This document shows, piece after piece, positions 36,661 through 49,200 of a stretch of DNA of 64,000 nt. Under the pieces are notes generated by a model, which worked only from the letters and a program-made list of their open reading frames with translations, had not been told where the DNA came from and made no database searches. Numbering within the stretch: position 1 is the first letter of the stretch; each line of letters opens with the position of its first letter. The position numbers and the translations under genes are program-made. The stretch spans positions 33,658,313-33,722,312 of the forward strand of contig NC_086380.1 of assembly GCF_036588685.1 (NCBI RefSeq). Reading direction: 5' to 3'. The DNA comes from Mytilus trossulus (Eukaryota).

Positions 36661-38917
36661 TCAATGTTTAAAATAAGAAAAGTAATATCCTATAAAAAAA
36701 AATGTTGAATGTCAATGATATGAAACTCCAAATTCTTACATTATTGGACAAGTAATTTGTAGATCCTTACGGGAGTTGGACCCCCCTTTTTGGGCCGATC
36801 AATGCATTTGAATGGGGACATATAGTTGGAACCCCCCCTTTTTTTAATGGCTGGATCCGCCCCTGCTAGTACACCATGGGCTTCTCAATTCTTGTATTAT
36901 GATCTATTATCATGAACTAAGTGAAAGCATAGAGCTGACTGAGTGCGAGATCTTCTTGGATAATCATTGAGGTCATTTCACCTCTCATTTCACTAAACAT
37001 TAAATCACAGTTACAAGTGCCACAAAACTTTCCTGGCCTCTTTTCTTTAACCGTAATGATATTTTCTACTCATTTATAATCTTGAATTGAGACATATTAG
37101 GAATAATTAACACGTTACTCTGTCAAAATTACATTTTTTAAAATTTGAAATGATGCACACAGGCACAATAAAAGAAAACAAATTTTGCTATCTCTTCGAA
37201 ATTGGAATTTGGAAAAGAAGAAATATATGACATGTTATATTTTTATCATACATGAATCATGTGTATTTGTACTTTCAATTTCAATTTGGTTCTAAATTTA
37301 GATTCAGTTTTCCAATAAATTTCGGACGGAATAGAAGACACCTGTTTATTTTCTGCACATGTATAAAAAGTTGAAAACTGGAAGTTGAAGGACATAGTTT
37401 TTACTTATTCTAAGATAAATGTTTAGAGTGATCACTTTTTAGTTTACTATGAGTATATTTTTGGGGCCTAATTTGTTAACTTTTGTCTTTGTTCTTCCGA
37501 CTTGTAAGTGTTGCCCTAGACTAGTCGTCAAATTATATTCTCTTGGTATCGTCTTATTTTCTAAATTGATGTAAAACATGTCCTAAAATTTTCATTAGCA
37601 CAAAATACGAACATGTCAACGTTTTTTTAATCTAATAATTAATTTCACATGTCATTCATTAATTGTTCGGTAACCTAAAACTGTATGTTGAGTACTGTGT
37701 GTTTTTGTTCAAAACTACGGCTTGTAAAACGATATTGTTGGATCAATTCAGGTTTAATTTTAAAAATTAGATAATTAATAATAGAAGTAGAATCGTCACA
37801 TGTTTATTTATTTATAATTCTGTTGTGAGGCGTTTTTACAATCTGTTGATATCAAAAGTTTTCACACGAAATGCCTTTCATGTCCCATGCGTCTGAAACA
37901 AAAAAAAATCAACTAGTATTAAAGTCAGGCTGCACTAAACAATAGAATGCTTTGATTTCTAAATGGAGTAATTCAGATAATTTCTCATGATTAGGTTTTT
38001 TAAGACAGCATGGGCGTGCTTGTTGGATTTATGATAGACCGCACGAAGTATTTTCTCTTTACTGTGTCCTTTCTTGGAGTAAGGGAGATAACTTGCGTAA
38101 CTAACGTCGAACGTTATTAATCCCGTATTCCGCTAGGGGCGTGCAATTACGTACACTTCGCCTTAAAGGATATAACTTCTGAAATACTGTATCTATGATA
38201 TATAAAATGGGTTATATATGCGATAGGTTTTGAGAACATTGGTTAGACATCAATCCAACAACACAATTCAATCCTAAAAGGAGTAGGCTTAAAAGGTTTA
38301 AGTTGGCCCTAAGATTATTTTTTTTTAAAAATCAAGCCCAAATACTACAAATTTAACATATATATTGTTCTGGTATCATTATTGATACAAAATAAACACT
38401 TCATTTTGGCACCTGACACTATAAACTATTAAGTTATGACATCTTGATTATGCAGTTCTGGTGTATTCGCAAAAGCGCCAATTAAGGTCCAATTTTTCAC
38501 AATTCAGAACAGTTTTTAGCATATCCAGTAATAGTTTACGTCTTTTTATTTAAATACATGTATTACCCTTGGTTCCTATAAGTTACGAAACATTTTGGAT
38601 CAAAGGTATTCTTTAAGCTTTTAGGTAAGAAAATTCACAAAATTATAGCATTTTGATAATATCTCCCAATATAGCTAATTATGGAGACTACAATGTATTA
38701 TAAAGAAGCGATTTATTTTAAGTCACATTAAGTTTCTTGAAATATATCCATTTAAGATCCAAATTGGGGCCCCTTTGATATTCTATGATAAAAGTTGAAA
38801 TTTAAAATCTGTTATAAGGCCATACTTTGCCAAGAGACCATTGTCATATGATACTGATAAAATAAAGAGTATATACTGTTGACCAAACTCTTATAAACCT
38901 TTAACCCTAAAAAAGCC

Positions 38918-39200
38918 ATGGGCGTCAAGTTGGTTACCTATTCCCTATTCCCTATTCGTTACCTATTCCCTATTCCCTATTCGTTACCTATTCGTTACCT
39001 ATTCCCTATTCCCTATTCGTTACCTATTCGTTACCTATTCCCTATTCCCTATTCGTTACCTATTCGTTACCTATTCCCTATTCCCTATTCGTTGCCTATT
39101 CGTTACCTATTCCCTATTCCCTATTCGTTGCCTATTCGTTACCTATTCCCTATTCCCTATTCGTTACCTATTCGTTACCTATTCGTTACTTATTTGATTT
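38918..39200 (+). repeat. Short-unit array built from CCTATTC (7 bp) and GTTACCTATTC (11 bp)
   Basis: ggttacctattccctattccctattcgttacctattccctattccctattcgttacctattcgttacc.... ORF 38918-39223 (LPIRYLFPIPYS...) is a translation artefact of this array. The inverted twin lies at 52690-52985. Confidence 0.9.
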
Positions 39201-40093
39201 TTAATATCCATCCCCCTTTTTAATTATGGCATTGTAAAGTTTAATATGGCTGCCATGGAAACGGCACAATTGTGAAAAAAAAATATGTTTTTGGTTTTGG
39301 GTGAACTGTTTGGATATGCTTCAACTCAGAATCATCATATTTTAAAACAATGTAGGTGCCCACTATATACAGGTGTTGGATGACTTTGGCGATCATTGGT
39401 ACTACAATGTTGCCATGGAAACTACACCAAAATTTTCAAAATTCTCAAAATGCTCAAAACTTCATGAAACTTCACAGTAATGATGAGCAACAATGGTAGA
39501 TGTGGCATTTGGAGTTGGAATTTCTAAATAGGTCTTGTTTCCATGGAAACAATGCAAAAAGGTCAAAAATTTCAAAAATAAGAATTTTGAGTAAACTGGA
39601 TGAATCTTTACAGGATGGTAACTGGCATAGGCAGAGTCGGATTTTGAAGTTAAAATTTTCAAAATGGCAGCCGTAACCATGGAAACAGCAAAAATATCAA
39701 ACATTTCAAAATGTTCAAACTTAATGAAACTTTGCAAAAATGTTACTAGACATCTGTAGATGCTCTCTTTCACTTTGGAATTGTCAAAATGGCTGCCGCT
39801 CACCTGGTAATAGGGGGAAGGGTGCCATCCGTTATTGCTAGCAATTACAAATCTAGTTGTTAATACTCTTACATATGGTAATAGTTCTAAATTTGTTGAG
39901 GTAAAATGATCTTTTTATGACCTATTTATATGTGTTTGTGCTCAACCGATCCTTTTACTTCATGTTCGATACGCATTTGTTCCTTACTTGGTTTTTTTAT
40001 ACGTTCTACTTTTTAACTGCTTTATGTCCGTATGTTTGAAGATGGATCTTGGTTCGACGGGATGAAATCACCGTGTTAGCACATGCATAAAAA

Positions 40094-40352
40094 AGAAGAT
40101 GTGGTATGATTGCCAATGAGACAACACTCCACATTAGACCAAAATGACACAGAAATTATCAACTATAGTTTACTGTACGGCCTTCAACAATGAGCATAGC
40201 CCAAACCGTGTAGTCACCTATAAAAGGCCCAGGCACGATAACCTCATACAATTCAAACAACAAAATTGACCGCCGTATTTCATATACAAAAAAAACGGAA
40301 ATATGCAACACAAAAACAAACAATAACTACTTAATTTCAGGCTTATAATACG
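40094..40352 (-). mobile_element. MITE-family copy (about 260 bp) at the outer edge of the left satellite arm
   Basis: agaagatgtggtatgattgccaatgagacaacactccacattagaccaaaatgacac...gggctttgctcattgttgaaggccgtacagtaaac (reverse complement) ...cgtattataagcc. Its mirror copy lies at 51547-51805. Confidence 0.7.
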
Positions 40353-43300
40353 AGTATATTACGTTGCACCTTTTAAAACATCATTTTCAATTGTTTTGTT
40401 GTCACTGGTGGAAGATTTGGGCTCTTAGAGGTGATATAACTCTATAAGTGCATTTGTATCCGTTCCAGCGCTCGGAAAATACCCTGTTACCTATTCGTTA
40501 CTTATTCGCTTTTCCAAAGTTTTTTGTACGTTGCACCTTTTAGAAAAGAATTTTCAATTAAGTTCATATCTCTGGTGGTAATAATGTGTTCTTATAGATG
40601 AAATACCCCTATTAGCACATATTTACTCGTTCTAGCGCTCGGATAATACCCTGTTACTTATTCGTTCCTTATTTGCTTTAATGCACGGGGTATACGTTGC
40701 ACCTTGAAATAAATCGTTTTTTAATTGTGTTCATGTCTCTGGTGGTAACAATGTGTTCTTAGGGATGAGATGACCCTATTAGAGCGCATGAACCCGTTCC
40801 AGCGCTCGGTAAATAACTTGTTACCTATTCGTTACCTATTCGTTACCTATTCACTTATGATACGTTTGTTGTACGTTGCACCTTTGAGAAAAGGATTTTC
40901 TATTAAATTCATATCTCTAGTGGTAATAATGTGTTCTTATAGATGAAATACCCCTATTACCGCGTATGTACCCGTTCCAGCGCTCAGTAAATACCCTGTT
41001 ACCTATTCGTTACCTATTCACTTATAATACGTTTCTTGTACGTTGCATCTTTCAGAAAAGACTTTTCAATTGTGTCCGTGTCTCTGGTGGTAAAAATGTG
41101 TTCTTAGAGATGAAAATACCCTATTGGCGCGCATGTACCTGTCCCAGCGCTCCGTTAATAACCTGTTACCTATTCGTTACCTATTCACTTTTAATATTTT
41201 TGTTGTACGTTGCACCTTTTAGAAAAGGATTTTCAATTGTGCCCATAAGTCTGGTGGTAACAATGTGTTCTTAGAGATGAAATGACCTTATTAGCGCGCA
41301 TGTACCCGTTCCAGCGCACGGTAAATACCCTGTTACCTATTCGTTACCTATTCGTTACCTATTCACTTATAATCCGTTTGTTGTACGTTGTACCTGTTAG
41401 AAAAGGATTTTTAATTGTCTTTATGTCTCTTGTGATAACAATGTGTTCTTAGAGATGACATTACCCTATTACCGCGCATGTACCCGTTCGAGCGCTCGAT
41501 TAATACCCTGTTACCTATTCACTTATAAAACGTTTGTTGTACGTTGCACCTTTTAGAAAAGGATTTTTAATTGTCTCCATGTCTCTTGTGATAACAATGT
41601 GTTCTTAGAGATGAAATTATCCTATTAGCGCGCATGTACCCGTTTCAGCGCTAGGTAAATACCCTGTTACCTATTCGTTATCTATTCGTTACCTATTCAC
41701 TTATAGAACGTTTGTTGTACGTTGCACCTTTTAGCAAAGGATTTTCAATTAAATTCATATCTCTGGTGTTAATAATATGTTCTTAGAGATGAAAGACCCC
41801 TATTGGCGCGTATGTACCCGTTCCAGCGCTGAGTTAATACCATGTTTCTTATTCGTTCCTTATTTGCTTTTTATGCACGAGGTATACGTTGCACCTTGAA
41901 ATAAATCGTTTTTTAATTGTGTTCATGTCTCTGGTGGTAACAATGTGTTCTTAGAGATGAAATGACCCTATTAGAGCGCATGTACCCGTTCCAGCGCTCG
42001 GTAAATAACCTGTTACCTATTCGTTACTAATTCGCTTTTAATGCGCGGGGTATACGGTGCACCTTGAAATGAATCGTTTTTTAATTGTTTTCTAGTCTCT
42101 GGTGGTAAGAATGTGTTCTTAGAGATGAAATTACCCTATTAGCGCGCATGTACCCGTTCCAGCGTTCGTTTAATACCCTGTTACCTATTCGTTACCTATT
42201 CGTTACCTATTCACTTATAATACGCTTGTTGTACATTGCACCTTTTAGAAAAGGATTTTCAATTGTGCCCATGTCTCTGGTGGTAACAATGTGTTCTTAG
42301 AGATGAAATGACTCTATTAAAGCGCAAGTTCCCGTTCCAGCGCTCGGTAAATACCCTGTTACCTATTCGTTACTTATTCGCTTTTAATGCGCGGGGTATA
42401 CGGTGCACCTTGAAATAAATCGTTTTTTAATTGTGTTCATGTCTCTGGTGGTAACAATGTGTTCTTAGAGATGAAATGACCCTATTAGCGCGCATGTACC
42501 AGTTCTAGTGCTCGGTAAATAACCTGTTACCTATTCGTTACTTATTCGCTTTTAATGCGCGGGGTATACGGTTCACCTTGAAATGAATCTTTTTTTAATT
42601 GTTTTCAAGTCTCTGGTGGTAACAATGTGTTCTAAGAGATGAAATGACCCTATTAGCGCGCATGTACCCGTTCCAGCGCTCGGTTAATACCCTGTTACCT
42701 ATTCGTTACCTATTCACTTATAATACGTTTGTTGTACATTGCACCTTTTAGCAAAGGATTTTCAATTGTGCCCATGTCTCTGGTGGTAACAATGTGTTCA
42801 TAGAGATGAAATGACTCTATTAAAGCGCATGTACCCGTTCCAGCGCTCGGAAAATACCCTGTTACCTATTCGTTACTTATTCGCTTTTTAATGCGCAGGG
42901 TATACGGTGCACCTTGAAATAAATCGTTTTTTAATTGTGTTCATGTCTCTGGTGGTAACAATGTGTTCTCAGAGATGAAATGACCCTATTAGAGCGCATG
43001 TAACCGTTCCAGCGCTCGGTAAATGACCTGTTACCTATTCGTTACTTATTCGCTTTTAATGCGCGGGATATACGGTGCACCTTGAAATGAATCTTTTTTA
43101 AATTGTTTTCAAGTCTCTTGTGGTAACAATGTGTTCTTAGAGATGAGATGGCCCTATTAGAGCGCATGAGCCCGTTCCAGCGCTCGGTAAATAACTTGTT
43201 ACCTATTCGTTACCTATTCACTTATGATACGTTTGTTGTACGTTGCACCTTTGAGAAAAGGATTTTCAATTGTGCCCATGTCTCTGGTGTCAACAATGTG

Positions 43301-46218
43301 TTCTTAGAGATGAAATGACTCTATTAAAGTAAATGTACCCGTTCCAGCGCTCGGTAAAAACCCTGTTACCTATTCGTTACTTATTCGCTTTTAATGCGCG
43401 GGGTATACGGTGCACCTTGAAATAAATCGTTTTTTAATTGTGTTCATGTCTCTGGTGGTAACAATGTGTTCTTAAAGATGAAATTACCCTATTTGAGCGC
43501 ATGTACCCGTTCCAGCGCTCGGTAAATAACCTGTTACCTATTCGTTACTTATTCGCCTTTAATGTGCGGGGTATACGGTGCACCTTTAAATGAATCTTTT
43601 TTTAATTGTTTTCAAGTCTCTGGTGGTAACAATGTGTTCTTAGAGATGAAATGACCCTATTAGCGCGCATGTACCCGTTCCAGCGCTCGGATAATACCCT
43701 GTTACCTATTCGTTACCTATTCACTTATAATAAGTTTGTTGTACATTGCACCTTTTAGAAAAGGATTTTCAATTGTGCCCATGTCTCTGGTGGTAACAAT
43801 GTGTTCTTAGAGATGAAATGACTCTATTAAAGCGCATGCACCCGTTCCAGCGCTCAGTAAATAACTTGTTACCTATTCGTTACTTATTCGCTTTTAATGC
43901 GCGGGGTGTACGGTGCACCTTGAAATGAATCTTTTTTTAATTGTTTTCAAGTCTCTGGTGGTAAAAATGTGTTCTTAGAGATGAAATGACCCTATTAGCG
44001 CTTATGTACCCGTTCCAGCGTTCGGTTAATACCCTGTTACCTATTCGTTACCTATTCGCTACCTATTCACTTATAATACGTTTGTTGTACATTGCACCTT
44101 TTAGAAAAGGTTTTTTAATTGTCTACATGTCTCTTGTAGTAACAATGTGTTCTTAAAGATGAAATTACCCTATTAGCGTGCATGTACCCGTTCCAGCGCT
44201 CAGTAAATACCCTGTTACCTATTCGTTACCTATTCACTTTTAATATATTTGTTGTACGTTGCACCTTTTAGAAAAGGATTTTCAATTGTGCCCATGTCGC
44301 TGGTGGTAACAATGTGTTCTTAGAGATGAAATAACCCTATTAGCGCGCATTTACCCGTTCCAGCGTTCGGTTAATACCCTGTTACCTATTCGTTACCTAT
44401 TCACTTATAATACGTTTGTTGTACATTGCACCTTTTAGAAAAGGATTTTCAATTGTGCCCATGTCTCTGGTGGTAACAATGTGTTCTTAGAAATGAAATG
44501 ACTCTATTAGAGCGCATGTACCCGTTCCAGCGCTCGGTAAATAACTTGTTACCTATTCGTTACTTATTCGCTTTTAATGCGCGGGGTGTACGGTGCACCT
44601 TGAAATGAATCGTTTTTTTAATTGTTTTCAAGTCTCTGGTGGTAACAATGTGTTTTTAGAGATGAAATGACCCTATTAGCGCGCATGTACCCGTTCCAGC
44701 GTTCGGTTAATACCCTGTTTCCTATTCGTTACCTATTCGCTACCTATTCGTTACCTATTCGTTACCTATTCACTTATAATACGTTTGTTGTACGTTGCAC
44801 CTTTTAAAAAAGGATTTTCAATTGTGCCCATGTCTCTGGTGGTAACAATGTGTTCTTAGAGATGAAATGACCCTATTACAGCGCATGTACCCGTTCCAGC
44901 GCTTGGTAAATAACCTGTTACCTATTCGTTACCTATTCGCTTTTGATGCGCGGGGTATACGGTGCACCTTCAAATACATCTTTTTATAATTGTGTTCATG
45001 TCTCTAATGGTAACAATTTGTTCTTAGAGATGAAATGACCCTATAAGAGCGCATGAACCCGTTCCAGCGCTCGGTTAATACCCTGTTACCTATTCGTTAC
45101 CTATTCGTTACCTATTCACTTATAATACGTTTGTTGTACGTTGCACCTTTTAGAAAAGGATTTTTAATAGTCTCCATGTCTCTTGTGGTAAAAATGTGTT
45201 CTTAGAGATGCAATTACCCTATAAGCGCCCATGTACCCGTTCTAGCGCTCAGTAAATACCCTGATACCTATTCGTTACCTATTCACTTATAATACGTTTG
45301 TTGTACGTTGCACCTTTTAGAAAAGGAATTTCAATTGTGTCCGTGTCTCTGGTGGTAACGATGTGTTCTTAGAGATGAAATGACCCTATAAGAGCGCATG
45401 AACCCGTTCCAGCGCTCGGTTAATAACCTGTTACCTATTCGTTACCTATTCGTTACCTATTCACTTATAGTACGTTTGTTGTACGTTGCACCTTTAAGAA
45501 AAGGATTTTCAATTAAATTCATATCTCTGGTGGTAACGATGTGTTCTTATAGATGTATTACCCCTATAAGATTGCATGTACCCATTCCAATGCTCGGTTA
45601 ATACCCTGTTACTTATTCGTTACCTATTCGTTACTTATTCGCTTTCAATATGTTTGTTGTACGTTGCACCTTTTCAAAAAGGATTTTCAATTGTGCCCAT
45701 GTCTCTGGTAGTAACAATATGTTCTTAGAGGTGAAATAACTCTATTGGAGCGCATGTACCCGTTCCAGCGCTCGGTAAATAACTTGTTACCCATTCGTTA
45801 CTTATTCGCTTTTAATGCGCGGGGTGTACGGTGCACCTTGAAATGAATCGTTTTTTAATTGTTTTCAAGTCTCTGGTGGTAACAATGTGTTCTTAGAGAT
45901 GAAATGACCCTTTTAGCGCGCTGTACCCGTTCCAGCGTTCGGTTAATACCCTGTTACCTATTCGTTACCTATTCGTTACCTATTCACTTATAGTACGTTT
46001 GTTGTACGTTACACCTTGTAGAAAAGGATTTTCAATTAAATTCATATCTCTGGTGGTAATAATGTGTTCTTGTAGATGAAATACTCCTATTAGCGCGTAT
46101 GTATCCGTTCCAGCGCTCAGTTTATACCCTGTTTCTTATTCGTTCCTTATTTGCTTTTTATGCACGAGATATACGTTGCACCTTGAAATAAATCGTTTTT
46201 TTATTGTGTTGATGTCTC
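40353..46218 (+). repeat. Satellite DNA with a ~156-190-bp monomer (about 34 copies). Monomer subtypes A, B and B' form a ~510-bp higher-order repeat in places.
   Basis: catgtacccgttccagcgc recurs with periods 178, 156, 178 and 168. Each monomer contains 1-4 copies of gttacctattc. Subtype A reads ...cacttataatacgtttgttgtacgttgcaccttttagaaaaggattttcaattgtgccc. Subtype B reads ...cgcttttaatgcgcggggtatacggtgcaccttgaaataaatcgttttttaattgtgttc. B' reads ...gaaatgaatctttttttaattgttttcaag. The order A-B-B' repeats about 3.5 times across 42000-43900. Confidence 0.9.
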
Positions 46219-49200
46219 TGGGTTTCATCTCTAAGAACACATTGTTACTATTAGAGACATGAACACAATTATAAAAAGATGTATTTGAAGGTGCACCGTA
46301 TACCCCACGCATCAAAAGCGAATAGGTAACGAATAGGTATCAGGTTATTTACCAAGCGCTGGAACGGGTACATTTGCTCTAATAGTGTCATTTCATCTCT
46401 AAGAACACATTGTTACCACCAGAGACATGTGCACAATTGAAAATCCTTTTTTAAAAGGTGCAACGTACAACAAACATATTGAAAGCGAATAAGTAACGAA
46501 TAGGTAACAGGGTATTAACCGAGCGCTTGAACGGGTACATGCGGGCTAATAGGGTCATGTCATCTCTAAGAACACATTGTTACCACCAGAGACACACACA
46601 CAATTGAAAATCCTTTCCTAAAAGGTGCAACGTACAACAAACGTATTATAAGTGAATAGGTAACGAATAGGTAACAGGGTATTTACTGAGCGCTGGAACG
46701 GGTACATGCAATCTTATAGGGGTAATACATCTATAAGAACACATCGTTACCACCAGAGATATGAATTTAATTGAAAATCCTTTTCTTAAAGGTGCAACGT
46801 ACAACAAACGTACTATAAGTGAATAGGTAACGAATAGGTAACGAATAGGTAACAGGGTATTAACCGAGCGCTGGAACGGGTTCATGCGCTCTTATAGGGT
46901 CATTTCATCTCTAATAAAATTGAGAATGGAAATGGGGAATGTGTCAAAGAGACAACAACCCGACCAAAATAAAATAAAAAACACAACAGCAGAAGGTCAC
47001 CAACAGGTCTTCAATGTAGCGAGAAATTCCCGCACCCGGAGGTGTCCTTCAGCTGGCCCCCAAACAAACATATACTAGTTCAGTGATAATGAACGCCATA
47101 CTTATTTCCAAATTGTACACAAGAAACTAAAATTTAAATAATACAAGACTAACAAAGGCCAGAGGCTCCTGACTTGGGATAGGCGCAAAAATGCAGCGGG
47201 GTTAAACATGTTTGTGAGATCTCAACCCTCCCCCTAAGAACACATTGTTACCACCAGAGACACGGACACAATTGAAAATCCTTTTCTAAAAGGTGCAACG
47301 TACAACAAACGTATTATAAGTGAATAGGTAACGAATAAGTATCAGGGTATTTACTGAGCGCTAGAACGGGTACATGGGCGCTTATAGGGTAATTTCATCT
47401 CTAAGAACACATTGTTACCACAAGAGACATGGAGACAATTAAAAATCCTTTTCTAAAAGGTGCAACGTACAACAAACGTATTATAAGTGAATAGGTAACG
47501 AATAGGTAACAGGGTATTAAACGAGCGCTGGAACGGGTTAATGCGCTCTTATAGGGTCATTTCATCTCTAAGAACACATTGTTACCATTAGAGACATGAA
47601 CACAATTATAAAAAGATGTATTTGAAGGTGCACCGTATACCCCGCGCATCAAAAGCGAATAGGTAACGAATAGGTAACAGGTTATTTACCAAGCGCTGGA
47701 ACGGGTACATGCGCTCTAATAAGGTCATTTCATCCCTAAGAACACATTGTTACCACCAGAGACATGGGCAATTGAAAATCCTTTTTTAAAAGGTGCAACG
47801 TACAACAAACGTATTAAAAGCGAATAAGTAACGAATAGGTAGCGAATAGGTAACGAATAGGTAGCGAATAGGTAACGAATAGGTAACAGGGTATTAACCG
47901 AACGCTGGAACGGGTACATGCGCGCTAATAGGGTCATTTCATCTCTAAGAACACATTGTTACCACCAGAGACTTGAAAACAATTAAAAAAACGATTCATT
48001 TCAAGGTGCACCGTACACCCCGCGCATTAAAAGCGAATAAGTAACGAATAGGTATCAAGTTATTTACCGAGCGCTGGAACGGGTACATGCGCTCTAATAG
48101 AGTCATTTCATCTCTAAGAACACATTGTTACCACCAGAGACATGGGCACAATTGAAAATCCTTTTCTAAAAGGTGCAATGTACAACAAACGTATTATAAG
48201 TGAATAAGTAACGAATAGGTAACAGGGTATTAACCGAGCGCTGGAACGGGTACATGCGCGCTAATAGGGTCATTTCATCTCTAAGAACACATTGTTACCA
48301 CCAGAGACTTGAAAACAATTAAAAAAAGATTCATTTCATGGTGCACCGTATACCCCGCGCATTAAAAGCGAATAAGTAACGAATAGGTTATAGGTTATTT
48401 ACCGAGCGCTGGAACGGGTACATGCGCTCTTATAGGGTCATTTCATCTCTAGGAACACATTGTTACCACCAGAGACATGAACACAATTAAAAAACGATTT
48501 ATTTCAAGGTGCACCGTATAACCAGCGCATTAAAAGCGAATAAGTAACGAATAGGTAACAGAGTTTTTACCGAGCGCTAGAACGGGTACATGCGCTTTAA
48601 TAGAGTCATTTCATCTCTAAGAACACATTGTTACCACCAGAGACATGGGCACAATTGAAAATCCTTTTCTAAAAGGTGCAATGTACAACAAACGTATTAT
48701 AAACGAATAGGTAACGAATAGGAAACAGGCCTAGGGTATTAACCTAACGCTGGAACGGGTACATGCGCGCTAATAGGGTCATTTTATCTCTAAGAACACA
48801 TTGTTACCACCAGACTTATGGGCACAATTGAAAATCCTTTTCTAAAAGGTGCAACGTACAACAAATATATTAAAAGTGAATAGGTAACGAATAGGTTACA
48901 TATTATTAACGGAGCGCTGGGACGGGAACATGCGCGCCAATAGGGTATTTTCATCTTTAAGAACACATTTTCACCACCAGAGACACGGACACAATTGAAA
49001 ATTCTTTTCTAAAAGATGCAACGTACATGAAACGTATTATAAGTGAAAAGGTAACGAAAAGGTAACAGGGTATTAACTGAGCGCTGGAACGGGTACATAC
49101 GCGGTAATAGGGGTATTTCATCTATAAGAACACATTGTTACCACCAGAGACTTGAAAACAATTAAAAAAAGATTCATTTCAAGGTGCACCGTATACCCCG

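Noticed and set aside
38918-39223. ORF 38918-39223 (and its mirror 52670-53011) encoding LPIRYLFPIPYS repeats
   Set aside because: It lies entirely within the CCTATTC/GTTACCTATTC short-unit array. It is a translation artefact of a 7/11-nt repeat.
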